In this document: positions 27,413 through 37,698 of the stretch, in pieces
Numbering within the stretch: position 1 is the first letter of the stretch
How the letters are laid out: every line of letters starts with the position of its first letter
From: Patescibacteria group bacterium
GTDB lineage: Bacteria; Patescibacteriota; Patescibacteriia; UBA9934
NCBI GenBank assembly: GCA_041659765.1
Contig: JBAZXR010000001.1
Span: 659,338 to 723,337, forward strand
Direction of reading: 5' to 3'
DNA length: 64,000 nucleotides
Made by a program: the position numbers and the translations under genes
Notes under the pieces: generated by a model
Seen by the model: only the letters and a program-made list of their open reading frames with translations
Told to the model about the DNA's origin: nothing
The model's database searches: none

Positions 27413-30400
27413 TTATGGCTTCACGATCACCTGTCCGTCGTAGTAGACCCATGGGTCAATGGCGGGATTATTGAAGGGATAATTTAGATAAGCGCATTCA
27501 CTTCCCGTGACACTAGCATCCCCCAAACTCATCCCAAAACATCCACCGTTTGAAGCACCGATCGAAGTCGTGTTACGCGTGTTCGTATCCGCGCACACGC
27601 CTGCGCACCATCCCCAGTTATCTCTTATGTGCACTCTCGGTTGGTAGACGCACGAGGCCTCTGCTGTTCCTCTACCGGTCACACATGGCGAGACTGTGTT
27701 TCTGCCGTTTGCATCAAGCGTGCCGCAAGCTGGCGCGGAAAGAACGGTTTCCGTAGAACACGTATAGATGTGGCTATAGGTAATGTAATTAGGATCACAG
27801 CTCTCCGCAGTCATGCCCCATTCTGAATTCTTGTCACACAGACTAATGTCACCGCCCGACTGGAGACCACGGTGGTTCTTGTAGAAGTTATCGTCTGAAG
27901 AGGAACCAGACACATTCTCTCCGTCTCCCCAGTCCATAATTACTCGGCGCAGTGGCAGCTGGTTCTTATCCGCCGCCGCATAGAATTTTACGCTGGCCCG
28001 CAAGAAGTCCGAGCTCGAGATATCACCTGTGTTCTGGTCGTTAACAGTAATTTGATCCACCGGTCCTTCTTCACACTCGGAACCCTTACAAGTGGTCGGA
28101 TCAATAGCCCAAATCTTTGGGGAGTGTCCCTGCGTGGCCCGGACATCCCATTCGTCTTTAGCGGCAGTATTAATCGTAGTGATAGGCTGAGTGACAAGAT
28201 TCTTCGTACCTGTGGTATAGGATTCAGAGTACGTAATCCTACCCAAACTCTTGGCGAATATTTGGGACAGCAAATCTTTCACTCCCTGTGCAAGCACGCC
28301 TACTTCCGAGAAGGCGGTTTGAGATGCCCACTCGGAGATAGAAACTCCTGTGGAAGCCCCGTTCGGGGCAGATAGATTAGCGCTCAGGTCTGTGTAGGCG
28401 AGAGCTTCAGCCTTGTTAATATCAGGTGTTAAGTCGCTAGCGGTGTAGTCACTCGGTGAACAAGTAAATGCACCCGGTGTGCCTCCTTGTGGCTCAACAT
28501 ATCCATTAACTCCTGGAGGTCCGTCTGCTCCTATCTTTGTACACTGCGCCGGAATAGCTGGGTAACCGCGTGACTTCATCTCTGAAAAGACAGGCGTCGC
28601 GCCAAATGCTCGAAGCTTGATAGATGGAGTGAAAGCGAAGTTTGGCCAAGCAGAACCGACGGTCAATGCATACGCAGCGGCTGAATTATTCAGCCTGTCT
28701 GTCCAAGGAGCACCGCCTAACGTAGAAATATCCTGTACCTGAGCCATTTGATTACAAGCAACATACGACTGATAACGCGACTGATAAGCCCTCCAACCTT
28801 TTCTATCCGTCGTGCCAACCAATCCCTCAACGGATAGCCCGAAGGTAGATGCTACCTTTCCAAAGGATCTTGGACCATCCGAAGCGTCACTGGAAACATC
28901 AAACCTCTGAAATTCCCGTCCCTTAATTACACAGTTGTTAACAGCTGCCTCGATCTTATCGAAGTTTTCAGTAGTTTCTACCCAATACAACTCAAATGTA
29001 TATCCTCCACGGTTTTTTGGGGTCTGCCGAGTCATCGGCGCGACACCTTGAATCGTCGAAGACGAGCATGATGTGCCTGAATCTGCGTTCCTAGAACCGA
29101 TTGGCACACAAACATACGGACAACTGTTGTTTGCATCCCAGCATTTCTTAGTCTGACCGGTTGAGTTGCCGTCACCGAATGGACCGACTACACCATATGT
29201 TCCAGGAGGACATGTGGTGCCAACGTTGATACACCGCTGTTGGACAGAACCACTCGCTTCACGTTCAACACATCCCTCGCCCGTGTATACATCTGCGTAA
29301 AGCTTCATCGAACTGCAATAGTTCGCCTCCTGGCTGAAGCCAGCTTCTACGTTCTTACCGTAAAGATCTGAACTGCCGGCCAGCTGGTCAACTGGCAGCC
29401 AAGTAATACAGGCGTTCTGATCGCGGTCGCCGTTAACGTTGATTGAGCCATCGCGCTCCAAACAGTAGCCGTCCATGCCAAGGAGGACGTCTTCGCGACT
29501 TGCTTTGGAGCATGAGCCGGGGTTGTTTGTTTGATCGTCAGAGCAAGCTGCGTCGTTTTCACAGGCCGCGCCTTTATGCGTGCCAGTAGCACAGACGCCA
29601 ATGCTGTTAGGGACGTAATTCTTAGAGAAGTAGCGCGATTGACCGCCCTCGCCATAAGTTACTTTTTTATAGCTACATAAACAGTCTTCACCGTAAGCAC
29701 AGAAACTGGCGTGTTCAAAACCGCTCCGCGTGTCATACGGAAGGTCATCAATAGTTGGTGTCTCACCGGTGTCTACCTTTGTCTGGTCAGTAGTATCAAG
29801 CCAGGTTTCGACTATATCAGAAGAGAAAGGGCTAGTTGTTTCAGGGTAGGCTCGACATGATTTTCCTTCTGTTGTACCGAACTCAAAAGGTGATCCGTTA
29901 GGCGCCAAGAGACATTGTTTATTGATACAGGTTCCGCTCTTAAGACCAACGGAAGCCGAGAAAATCTGGCCGAGACCGCACGGCAATTCAGGCTTCATGC
30001 GAGTTGGTGGCCGGTATACCACCTGGCCTGAGGTTGCGCTATCAGTTACCACCTTATCACCACGCTGTGAACAAACCTCACTAATACACACGGTGCCAGC
30101 GCCGGGACAGTCCGAATTGGTAACACAGTCTTTCCCTGGCTGCGGCACGTAACACCGTCCTACCACGCAAGCGCCGCCGGAATTGCCACAGTTATCCTGA
30201 GTAGAGCAAGCCGCGCCAGTGTTTTCACAGGTACCGACCGTGCAAGCAGCGCCATAGCTCTGTCCGCACACGCCGGCATTCAAGACCAAGCGGAAATCAT
30301 TACTCACCTGAGGACCAGAACAGAGACCAGCACTGTAGGTGGGAGAAACACCACATTCGGTATCAACCGAACACGGCTTAGCGTTATTCGCCTCGAAAAC

Positions 30401-33400
30401 TTCGTCAGAGATGTTTCGATTGTCATGTAGTCTGGTCAAATCGCAAGTGAATGGCAAGGCCACGTTGGCCTGTTTAAGGGCTTCAACTGGGAACAAATTA
30501 GGAATAGCCATGCCGGAGTATTCACTGCCGTACCAGGTGACGTCACGGGATGTATACCGATCGTTATCAAGAACCACTTTTGGATCTTCAAAATTCCATT
30601 TAGAACAGAAGGATGAACTGCCCTGGGCAGAATATTCAGTACAGAGAGCAATATCAGCACAAACTGTCTTATAGCTGTTAGTGCGCTCGTCCCAAACTGT
30701 CTGCGCGTCAGCACAAGAGAGCCATTCGGAACACTGACGGTTGCGGTTAACAGCCAAGACAGTGTTGGCGTCGTCTTTTAGGCGCGGCACGGTAGCGCCG
30801 GAAGCACAACTCGTAGCTTTTACCAGTTCGCCCTTTTCACTATTCACCGGCGCACAGTCCGCTGAGTTATAACAGGAAGAACCGTAAATATTGAGGGTAC
30901 TGGCCTGGGCCGTCAAATCTTTCACCGCACTTTCTGCGTACACACAGCGCTTGGCACACAGGTCTACGCTAGCGCCTGACGGAGTGGTGATAGTGGTAGC
31001 GTTGCTATCGCAGTCGATCGGATCAACAAGCGAGAACGGCTGGGCATTAAACAGCGCGTCAGCGTGACGAGAAGACATTTCAGTGGCAGAACTGTTGGCA
31101 TTTTTAGCGGACACTGAAGTGTCATTAAACAGGGCACAGCCGCCCTTGAGCGAAACCTTGCCATTACATTCCGTACCGGTGACTGATGATCGAGCTGAGC
31201 CAAGTGACGATGACAGCGTGAAGTACGGCGTGCCGTCAGAGTTAGCGTAAATTTCATTATCGCCAATAGCTAACGGATCCTGATACTCAGAACAAGAGTT
31301 GTACTGGTTGGCACAAGTACCCACCCAACCGGCATAGGCGGTATCACCATTCTTCCAAATGCCGGACTGATTCCCGCCAATTACATAGTTCGGCGAGTTG
31401 TAGCACAGCTCAGTCGTGCCAGTCTTGAACCAACCGTCATAGGACGTGGTGCCGACGGTCACGTTGGTCTTGTATTCACAGGTCCTATCGCCTGGATCCT
31501 TAAAGTAATATTGCGTACCACCAGTCCCGGTCCAAGCAGAACAGAAGAGAGCATTCTGGGTACAGAGAGTGGTGGAGTAGGCTGCTGGGTCATTCTTTAA
31601 GAAGATGGACTTAGCGCCGGTGGTAGCAGTTTTTGTCTGGTTGTAGTTAGGCTTGCCATATTCAGTGCAGCCCTTGGCGTCATCCGTACATTTTACAGAA
31701 TCGTTCACCACTAAGAACACGTCTTTATCAGCCGGCGTGACGAGCGTCGATGGCACGTATTTGAGATGAGCTGGCAAATTTACCGGAGCTACATACCAGC
31801 TCAAGTTAAATGGACAGCTAGTAAAGCCGGTGCCAATAGTACAAAGGAGCGGGGTAGCCGTGTTGTAGACAGCACCGGTGGTGCCGTAATAACAAGCAGT
31901 AGCTGTCAAAGCAACTGACCCGTCAAGCGTGCCGCAGGTAGCATTATGAACTTCAGCATGAGGCGACTCGCTCTCCTGCGTCATGAAGAAGCTGGCACAA
32001 CCAACCTTATCTTCCGCACAAAGCTTGCTAAAACTCTTAACATTTACCGTAGCTCCAGTCTGGGTAGAGTAAGCTTGGCAACCCAAGTAATACTGAGGAG
32101 CGGCCGTGCCGGTTGGCGTCTTATCACAAACCGCTGGGGTGACCCATGAGTTCTTAATCAACATGACCTTATCCTGACCCTCGCGGAGCACGATGTTGTC
32201 TACAAACACCGAACCAACTGGCACAAAGGCTAGCGCAGTCCCCACGCCAAACCTAGAATCATTCATGTTCAATGGGCCAAGCGAATATTGCTGCCAACCA
32301 GAAGTCAAAGCGACCGTACCGAAGTTTGCATCCAGAGCAGGCGCGCTAGTGGCCTGATAATCAAAGCCAGCGGCAAGATTGCCTGAGCCCTTCGCTAAGA
32401 AAGACAAGGTGTAAGTTTTACCGCTGAATAGTTGCCCCTGAAGTGCGCTGACTGTGGTCGCAAAAGCGGCGGAAGTTGAAATTGAGTGACCACCGGTAGC
32501 CAATGATTCGTTGCTCAAAACGAGCGAAGCTGGAACCGTTGAAGTCCACTTGGTTAGGTTGCCGTCTTCAATCAAATCTTGATACGCAACTCGACTATTA
32601 CGACTACGACCACCAGTGTATTCTCGACAACCATTAGCTGTGGCAGGACAAGTCCGGCTCTCAGAAGTTAATCCGTTGTAGCGACAAGTACCGGCAGAAA
32701 TATCGAAGAATCCGCCGGAAGCTACACAGGTAGACTGTCTGGAAAGCTCGTCGGCGCCGGCAATATCTGTCTTGCGGTAGTTAGCGCAAGCAGCATCGAC
32801 CGTCACTGTATCTAACCAGGTTCGATAGTGAATAATACCGTTTGTGTCATAGAACTCTCGGCAGTCAGCGTTGCTAAAAATGTCCGCATGCGAGTTGCAC
32901 GAAGCATCAGCCGCCCAATCGTAAGTATCACTACAAGTGATGCCAGAAACAGTCGAGGTCCAATGGGTACATGGGGCATCAGAAGGAGCCGTGTCAGTCG
33001 TGACCGGAGAAGTGTTCGAGTAATCGCGCGGCGTTGGGCCAAGATTTGACTCGAGGAGTGTCCACGTTTTCAGCTGATAACCAGCGTTATCAGAACCTTC
33101 CCACGTGTAGAACGTAGCCGCTTTGTCATCCTGCGTGTTAGCTTCCGCCTGGGCCGGTGTCACACAAGCACGAACGTAAGTGAAATAGGCCTTGCTCTCA
33201 TCAGCTAGATTAGTAAACTCATCGCAACCAGCATTCTGGGCAGTACAAGTCTTAGCCGAAGCCGGAATAAAATGTAATGGGAAAAGGCCATTCGGCTCAT
33301 ACCGCGTAGCTTCTTGCTTGTAAGTATCGTAGCCTACGCAAATAGCAGGACAGAAATCTAACTCGCTAATCACCCCCGTAACTGCTGGATCTCCATTCGC

Positions 33401-36133
33401 TGGAGTGTAGGCGCTACAACCGTTGTCATTTTCGCCACAAACTTTAGCGTACTTGGCACATTCCACGGAGTCTGTCGCGGCTCCCGTACATCCAAGATAT
33501 GACGGAGGAACCTTAACCACCTCTTTGGCCAATGTGGTCGAGGAATATCCGTCATGGAAGTTAGTCGCGAGCGGTCCCTGCTCGACCTGGACGTCATCGA
33601 TCCAAGCCTGACCAGGCATCAGGTCAACAAAGGCGAAAATTCTGGCCGCCGCGTTAGCCTGAATGGGCGAAGTAAAAGTACAGCTAAAACGCTCGTAGGT
33701 AGTGCCGGTTGGCTGACCAGTCAAAACCACAGCATCCATCTTTCCGTCATTGTTGCCATCTTTAAAATCACAGGAGATGGCGTTAGCACTCGCCGACTTG
33801 CTGGTTCCTCCAAGGTCAACCGACGGCGGAACAGCCGATCCATCGTCAACTCCAAAGCCAATATAGAGCTGTCCTTTATCCGTGCTGCCAGCAGCCGTCT
33901 GTCGGGCATAGAAAGACATGGTGTAGAAACGGCTCTGAGAGAACTCCACTCCCGGTTCATAAACAATTCCCGCTCCGGTCTTGATGGCATTAGAGCCTGA
34001 GCGCGACAACGTACCGGTTGTATCCCAAGTCGGCCCGGTGCTCGGCGAGAAATACCAGCCGTCAGGCAACGTGTTGTTATCTGTATTGGCCTCAAGACTT
34101 GGGTTAACCAGCATGTTCAAACTCAAATTCTTGTCCCTAATAACTAGTTCCTTACAGCCCCCGTTCTCAGCCTCACACTTTTCAACTTTGCCAGTGTAGT
34201 AAGTTCGGTTCTTAAAGGCGTTAGCGTCTGCATCAGCAGTGGCTACGCTTGAAATGATTGGATAACTAAAGGTCCCGGTAGAATCCTTCGTCTTATTATT
34301 CACGTACCACTGACACCCAGCATTATCCGCCGTACATGGGCCTGGATCAGTGGTGTTGCGCAAATAAGACGCGGTCTTCTCCGAGTTCTTGACCGTAATA
34401 CAAGAAGCAAATTGTTTTGGACATGACTGTCCGCGGAACTGCCAGACATTTTCTTCACGCACACAATATCCGTAGCCGCCAGTACAATTTCCGTTTTCAT
34501 CTTCCGCAATACAACTTGGCATGTCTACACACTCATCCTGACGCTCGTTGGAAGCATTGGAAGTCAAAAGCTGGCCATTCACGCTCGCCCGACACTGAGT
34601 TTGTGGATACTTGAGTACCCAGTTTGGATCAATCAACTTACACCATGGGTGATCCTTATTAGGCCGACCGGCCGAATCACAATCATTAAACCCGGCCACT
34701 ACTTTGCGCAGAGTAACCGGATCATTAGCTGAATTGAACTCTGAATCGGCTGCAAACTCCCAACCAACAGACAGGACACGAGCCTTTCTTAGTTTAACCA
34801 AATTTGAATAACAATATCCGTAGGTAGAACAAAATGGGTCCTGATTTCTGGCATGGTCTGAACTTGGAATTAGCGGCCAATCGGACTTCAGGAGCCCGTC
34901 ATCCATAGCCTCCTGCACAGTCATAGGCACTCCCGATGAAGCACGAGCGATAGCTGAGATAAATGAACTATCAGCTACACAGTTATACAATCCCCGGTTT
35001 GTTTGCGGGCATGAACTAAAATCTGCCAAGATGCTGTAGTTAGAAATCTGCAAAGGCGTGGCAGTGAAGATAGCCTTAAAACGTGCGCGTAAAGCGTCAG
35101 AGTTGCCCTGCGCAAAGGAACTTGGATCGAATGGATCTGTATTCTGCAGGGCCGGATCAACATCAAATAAACCCGTGTAGACTCGTTCGGAAAGTTTCGA
35201 AAGCAAAGTGTTAGTAAAAATACTGCCGGCGTGAATACCGACTTGCAATAACGCATCAGTATTTGCCAAAATACCAATCAACGCGTCTTTACCAATGTTC
35301 TTTTGAGCGGTGAAGGCGTTAGTCGTAGTGGTATCAATCATTTTGGCTGGCGTAGTCACCTGACCGGAAATAAAATCAGTTACAGATTTATAATCTCCGT
35401 TACTCAAACGTTGCTCAGCCTGCAAATTAGCCTCGGCGTAAGAAGAATTAATTACGTTCGAGGTCAGCGCTATTCCTACCGAAAATTCTGTCGTACTTGG
35501 GTCAAAGGAATCGGCTAATTTAGTTAAAATATGCTGATTTCTTGCATCTCCACCGCTGATTTGAGTTGATACATCAGCAATAAAGCCCTTCCAGTTTGAA
35601 ACGACTTTATTCAACTCACATTTTGGCTTAACGTCAGCTGGCTTAAAGGCTGATTTGATTCCGAACTTAAACGACAGCAGCACGTTGGCGCTACCCGGAG
35701 CACACAAGTTAAAATTCTTAAGCACGCCTCCTGGTCCATTTATCTCGTCGCTCAACAAACCGATAGCTTCTCCGGCCGTAGCATCTGCCCAGTCTTTCTT
35801 AAAGGTCTTCCAAGGATGCTGATCTACCAGTGGAGTGCCACCAGGACCCGCCCCGCCCAGACGAACTGCGGCCTCATAAGCTGCCTTGTCTGCAGCAAAG
35901 GTCATCAGGTTAATCAAGTAAGTGACAATGGAGGTGGTGAGAGTATTTTTCGCGACTGCCTTCCCATTATCTACAACGCGGTTCGCAATATCCTGCGCGG
36001 TAAGATCAGGACTCACAGTGGCTAATTGAGCGGCAGCAACCTGAGGCAATGTCAACACGGAAACCAAAATACCCCCAATAAAGAGTTGCTTAACAATCTT
36101 GAAAGAGAGGGGAATTTTGAAATTTCTTTGCAC
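27413..36133 (-). CDS. giant secreted Cys-rich surface protein (2906 aa) with two CBM-like beta-sandwich regions
   Basis: GTG start 3 nt after the upstream stop. Signal peptide ending in VAAAQ. More than 150 Cys. Segments resemble carbohydrate-binding modules (NPSLEANTDNNTLPDGWYF...; IEDGNLTKWTSTVPASLVLSNESLATGGHSIS...). Confidence 0.85.
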   Translation of the reverse strand: MQRNFKIPLSFKIVKQLFIGGILVSVLTLPQVAAAQLATVSPDLTAQDIANRVVDNGKAVAKNTLTTSIVTYLINLMTFAADKAAYEAAVRLGGAGPGGTPLVDQHPWKTFKKDWADATAGEAIGLLSDEINGPGGVLKNFNLCAPGSANVLLSFKFGIKSAFKPADVKPKCELNKVVSNWKGFIADVSTQISGGDARNQHILTKLADSFDPSTTEFSVGIALTSNVINSSYAEANLQAEQRLSNGDYKSVTDFISGQVTTPAKMIDTTTTNAFTAQKNIGKDALIGILANTDALLQVGIHAGSIFTNTLLSKLSERVYTGLFDVDPALQNTDPFDPSSFAQGNSDALRARFKAIFTATPLQISNYSILADFSSCPQTNRGLYNCVADSSFISAIARASSGVPMTVQEAMDDGLLKSDWPLIPSSDHARNQDPFCSTYGYCYSNLVKLRKARVLSVGWEFAADSEFNSANDPVTLRKVVAGFNDCDSAGRPNKDHPWCKLIDPNWVLKYPQTQCRASVNGQLLTSNASNERQDECVDMPSCIAEDENGNCTGGYGYCVREENVWQFRGQSCPKQFASCITVKNSEKTASYLRNTTDPGPCTADNAGCQWYVNNKTKDSTGTFSYPIISSVATADADANAFKNRTYYTGKVEKCEAENGGCKELVIRDKNLSLNMLVNPSLEANTDNNTLPDGWYFSPSTGPTWDTTGTLSRSGSNAIKTGAGIVYEPGVEFSQSRFYTMSFYARQTAAGSTDKGQLYIGFGVDDGSAVPPSVDLGGTSKSASANAISCDFKDGNNDGKMDAVVLTGQPTGTTYERFSCTFTSPIQANAAARIFAFVDLMPGQAWIDDVQVEQGPLATNFHDGYSSTTLAKEVVKVPPSYLGCTGAATDSVECAKYAKVCGENDNGCSAYTPANGDPAVTGVISELDFCPAICVGYDTYKQEATRYEPNGLFPLHFIPASAKTCTAQNAGCDEFTNLADESKAYFTYVRACVTPAQAEANTQDDKAATFYTWEGSDNAGYQLKTWTLLESNLGPTPRDYSNTSPVTTDTAPSDAPCTHWTSTVSGITCSDTYDWAADASCNSHADIFSNADCREFYDTNGIIHYRTWLDTVTVDAACANYRKTDIAGADELSRQSTCVASGGFFDISAGTCRYNGLTSESRTCPATANGCREYTGGRSRNSRVAYQDLIEDGNLTKWTSTVPASLVLSNESLATGGHSISTSAAFATTVSALQGQLFSGKTYTLSFLAKGSGNLAAGFDYQATSAPALDANFGTVALTSGWQQYSLGPLNMNDSRFGVGTALAFVPVGSVFVDNIVLREGQDKVMLIKNSWVTPAVCDKTPTGTAAPQYYLGCQAYSTQTGATVNVKSFSKLCAEDKVGCASFFMTQESESPHAEVHNATCGTLDGSVALTATACYYGTTGAVYNTATPLLCTIGTGFTSCPFNLSWYVAPVNLPAHLKYVPSTLVTPADKDVFLVVNDSVKCTDDAKGCTEYGKPNYNQTKTATTGAKSIFLKNDPAAYSTTLCTQNALFCSAWTGTGGTQYYFKDPGDRTCEYKTNVTVGTTSYDGWFKTGTTELCYNSPNYVIGGNQSGIWKNGDTAYAGWVGTCANQYNSCSEYQDPLAIGDNEIYANSDGTPYFTLSSSLGSARSSVTGTECNGKVSLKGGCALFNDTSVSAKNANSSATEMSSRHADALFNAQPFSLVDPIDCDSNATTITTPSGASVDLCAKRCVYAESAVKDLTAQASTLNIYGSSCYNSADCAPVNSEKGELVKATSCASGATVPRLKDDANTVLAVNRNRQCSEWLSCADAQTVWDERTNSYKTVCADIALCTEYSAQGSSSFCSKWNFEDPKVVLDNDRYTSRDVTWYGSEYSGMAIPNLFPVEALKQANVALPFTCDLTRLHDNRNISDEVFEANNAKPCSVDTECGVSPTYSAGLCSGPQVSNDFRLVLNAGVCGQSYGAACTVGTCENTGAACSTQDNCGNSGGACVVGRCYVPQPGKDCVTNSDCPGAGTVCISEVCSQRGDKVVTDSATSGQVVYRPPTRMKPELPCGLGQIFSASVGLKSGTCINKQCLLAPNGSPFEFGTTEGKSCRAYPETTSPFSSDIVETWLDTTDQTKVDTGETPTIDDLPYDTRSGFEHASFCAYGEDCLCSYKKVTYGEGGQSRYFSKNYVPNSIGVCATGTHKGAACENDAACSDDQTNNPGSCSKASREDVLLGMDGYCLERDGSINVNGDRDQNACITWLPVDQLAGSSDLYGKNVEAGFSQEANYCSSMKLYADVYTGEGCVEREASGSVQQRCINVGTTCPPGTYGVVGPFGDGNSTGQTKKCWDANNSCPYVCVPIGSRNADSGTSCSSSTIQGVAPMTRQTPKNRGGYTFELYWVETTENFDKIEAAVNNCVIKGREFQRFDVSSDASDGPRSFGKVASTFGLSVEGLVGTTDRKGWRAYQSRYQSYVACNQMAQVQDISTLGGAPWTDRLNNSAAAYALTVGSAWPNFAFTPSIKLRAFGATPVFSEMKSRGYPAIPAQCTKIGADGPPGVNGYVEPQGGTPGAFTCSPSDYTASDLTPDINKAEALAYTDLSANLSAPNGASTGVSISEWASQTAFSEVGVLAQGVKDLLSQIFAKSLGRITYSESYTTGTKNLVTQPITTINTAAKDEWDVRATQGHSPKIWAIDPTTCKGSECEEGPVDQITVNDQNTGDISSSDFLRASVKFYAAADKNQLPLRRVIMDWGDGENVSGSSSDDNFYKNHRGLQSGGDISLCDKNSEWGMTAESCDPNYITYSHIYTCSTETVLSAPACGTLDANGRNTVSPCVTGRGTAEASCVYQPRVHIRDNWGWCAGVCADTNTRNTTSIGASNGGCFGMSLGDASVTGSECAYLNYPFNNPAIDPWVYYDGQVIVKP

Positions 36134-36136
36134 AGT

Positions 36137-36823
36137 TTATGGGGTAGGCGTTAAAGTCGCTAGAAGCTCTAGATACAGTTTCTGGACATCGGCGTCTGCC
36201 ATCGCGTTTATTTTCGTTGCCTCGGCACCGGAAGAAATGAGAGTCTCTCTAACCTTATCAATTGGCAAAGACTTCAGTTTCTCAATATCACCTGCTGTTA
36301 ATGAACCGGAAGCCGCACTAGCAGAAAGCGAGGCGTCTCCCCCGACTCCAGTTGGTGGAACTGGTGCAACCGGAGCGGGAAATTGATCTGTAAAACTGCT
36401 CGCACTCGTATCCGGGACGAACGCCCCCGAGTCAGCCACACCAGCGGTACAGGTCGCCCCGGTCTTACAAAGAGGATCTGTGCCACTCGTAACCTCAGTC
36501 CTATCATCTATCCCATCCGAATCCGTGTCAGAAAGATACGGACTGGTGCCGTAGACGTTCTTTTCGTCATAGTCTGACAAACCGTCACTATCTGTATCCG
36601 CTGCCTTTGCCCTAGCAACTTCCGCCTGCGTAGCGCTGTCCCCAATAAGAAGCTGGGGACCAGTGTAGGTAATGATGAACGGCGCAGCTAAGTGATTCCA
36701 AACATAGAAGGCGCCTAAAATGACAGCACCTGCTCCACAAATTATAACAAAAATAAGGCCGACTTTTTGTTCTTTCCCCAACTCCGGCCGGGGCTCCTGC
36801 AAAACGAACCCTTGCTCATCCAT
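36137..36823 (-). CDS. membrane-anchored protein with thrombospondin-type-3-like Ca-binding repeats
   Basis: TM helix GLIFVIICGAGAVILGAF. Repeats DTDSDGLSDYDE and DTDSDGIDD. Translationally coupled to the giant gene. Confidence 0.6.
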   Translation of the reverse strand: MDEQGFVLQEPRPELGKEQKVGLIFVIICGAGAVILGAFYVWNHLAAPFIITYTGPQLLIGDSATQAEVARAKAADTDSDGLSDYDEKNVYGTSPYLSDTDSDGIDDRTEVTSGTDPLCKTGATCTAGVADSGAFVPDTSASSFTDQFPAPVAPVPPTGVGGDASLSASAASGSLTAGDIEKLKSLPIDKVRETLISSGAEATKINAMADADVQKLYLELLATLTPTP

Positions 36824-36924
36824 ACCGGATAATTATATCACGCTGAAACCGAGAATTCGTCTCCACTCTGAGCCATGCGAAGAGTCCGACCCTCAGAGGG
36901 GAAAGTCGGATCCTTCGCTCTCGC

Positions 36925-37698
36925 TCAGGATGGGGACAAGAAGCTAAGATCAATCCAATCTTTCAAACTCAACTCTTCAGCGCGGGCAAGGGGCGAATGG
37001 CCGAGTTCGACGAGTTTAGCCTTCACGGCTTCGCTCAAAAAAAGAGACGCTTCTGACAAATTTCTATGCAACTGCTTCCGGCGGTTCGCAAAACCGGCTT
37101 TAGCTACCTCGATAACTCGGAGGGGGTTCGGAACAAGGGGCGAAGGATGCGGCACAAGTTTCAAAACCATGGATTCTACCTTTGGCGGAGGAGAAAAGGC
37201 GCCCGGAGGAACTATACATACCCTTTCCACCTGTGCGTAAAGCTGAACGGCGACGGAGAGTACACCCGGGTTGATCCAAAGCATCCGCTCCCCTACTTCT
37301 TTCTGGAGCATAACAACCGAGCGTGTCGGCGGATTCTTCGACGTGAGCACGTTCATCAGGATAGCGTTGCCGGAGTTGTAGGGAAGATTTGAAACGAATG
37401 TCCAAGTTTTGGAGTTGTAAAGTTGTAAAGTTGTTGAGAAATCGTATTTCGCGGCGTCAGCCTTGATGATAGTTGCCTCTGGAAACTGAGCTGTTAGGCT
37501 AGGAATCAACTCGGCGTCAGCTTCGATCAAAACAAGCTTTGAGGAAATAGGAGCTAGACCCTTGGTCAACGCGCCAGTTCCCGGCCCGACTTCAACTACA
37601 AGATCGCCGGGTGCAATTTCTGCCGCGGCAATGATCTTATCAATGACCGACTGATCTTTTAAGAAATGCTGGCCGTACGATTTTTTCGCGAGTACCAC
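36925..37698 (-). CDS. rsmA: 16S rRNA (adenine1518-N6/adenine1519-N6)-dimethyltransferase
   Basis: KsgA signature GQHFL...VVEVGPGTGALT...NLPYN. Confidence 0.85.
   Translation of the reverse strand: MVLAKKSYGQHFLKDQSVIDKIIAAAEIAPGDLVVEVGPGTGALTKGLAPISSKLVLIEADAELIPSLTAQFPEATIIKADAAKYDFSTTLQLYNSKTWTFVSNLPYNSGNAILMNVLTSKNPPTRSVVMLQKEVGERMLWINPGVLSVAVQLYAQVERVCIVPPGAFSPPPKVESMVLKLVPHPSPLVPNPLRVIEVAKAGFANRRKQLHRNLSEASLFLSEAVKAKLVELGHSPLARAEELSLKDWIDLSFLSPS

Noticed and set aside
27550-35518. Multiple 60-150-aa ORFs on both strands inside the giant gene
   Set aside because: All are embedded in one continuous 8.7-kb reading frame with a signal peptide, so they are shadow ORFs.
37411-37427. GTAAAGTTGTAAAGTTG tandem motif resembling the TAAAG element
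   Set aside because: It lies inside the rsmA coding sequence and lacks the shared TTAAAGCGTAAAG / CTTTAATACTTTA cores.
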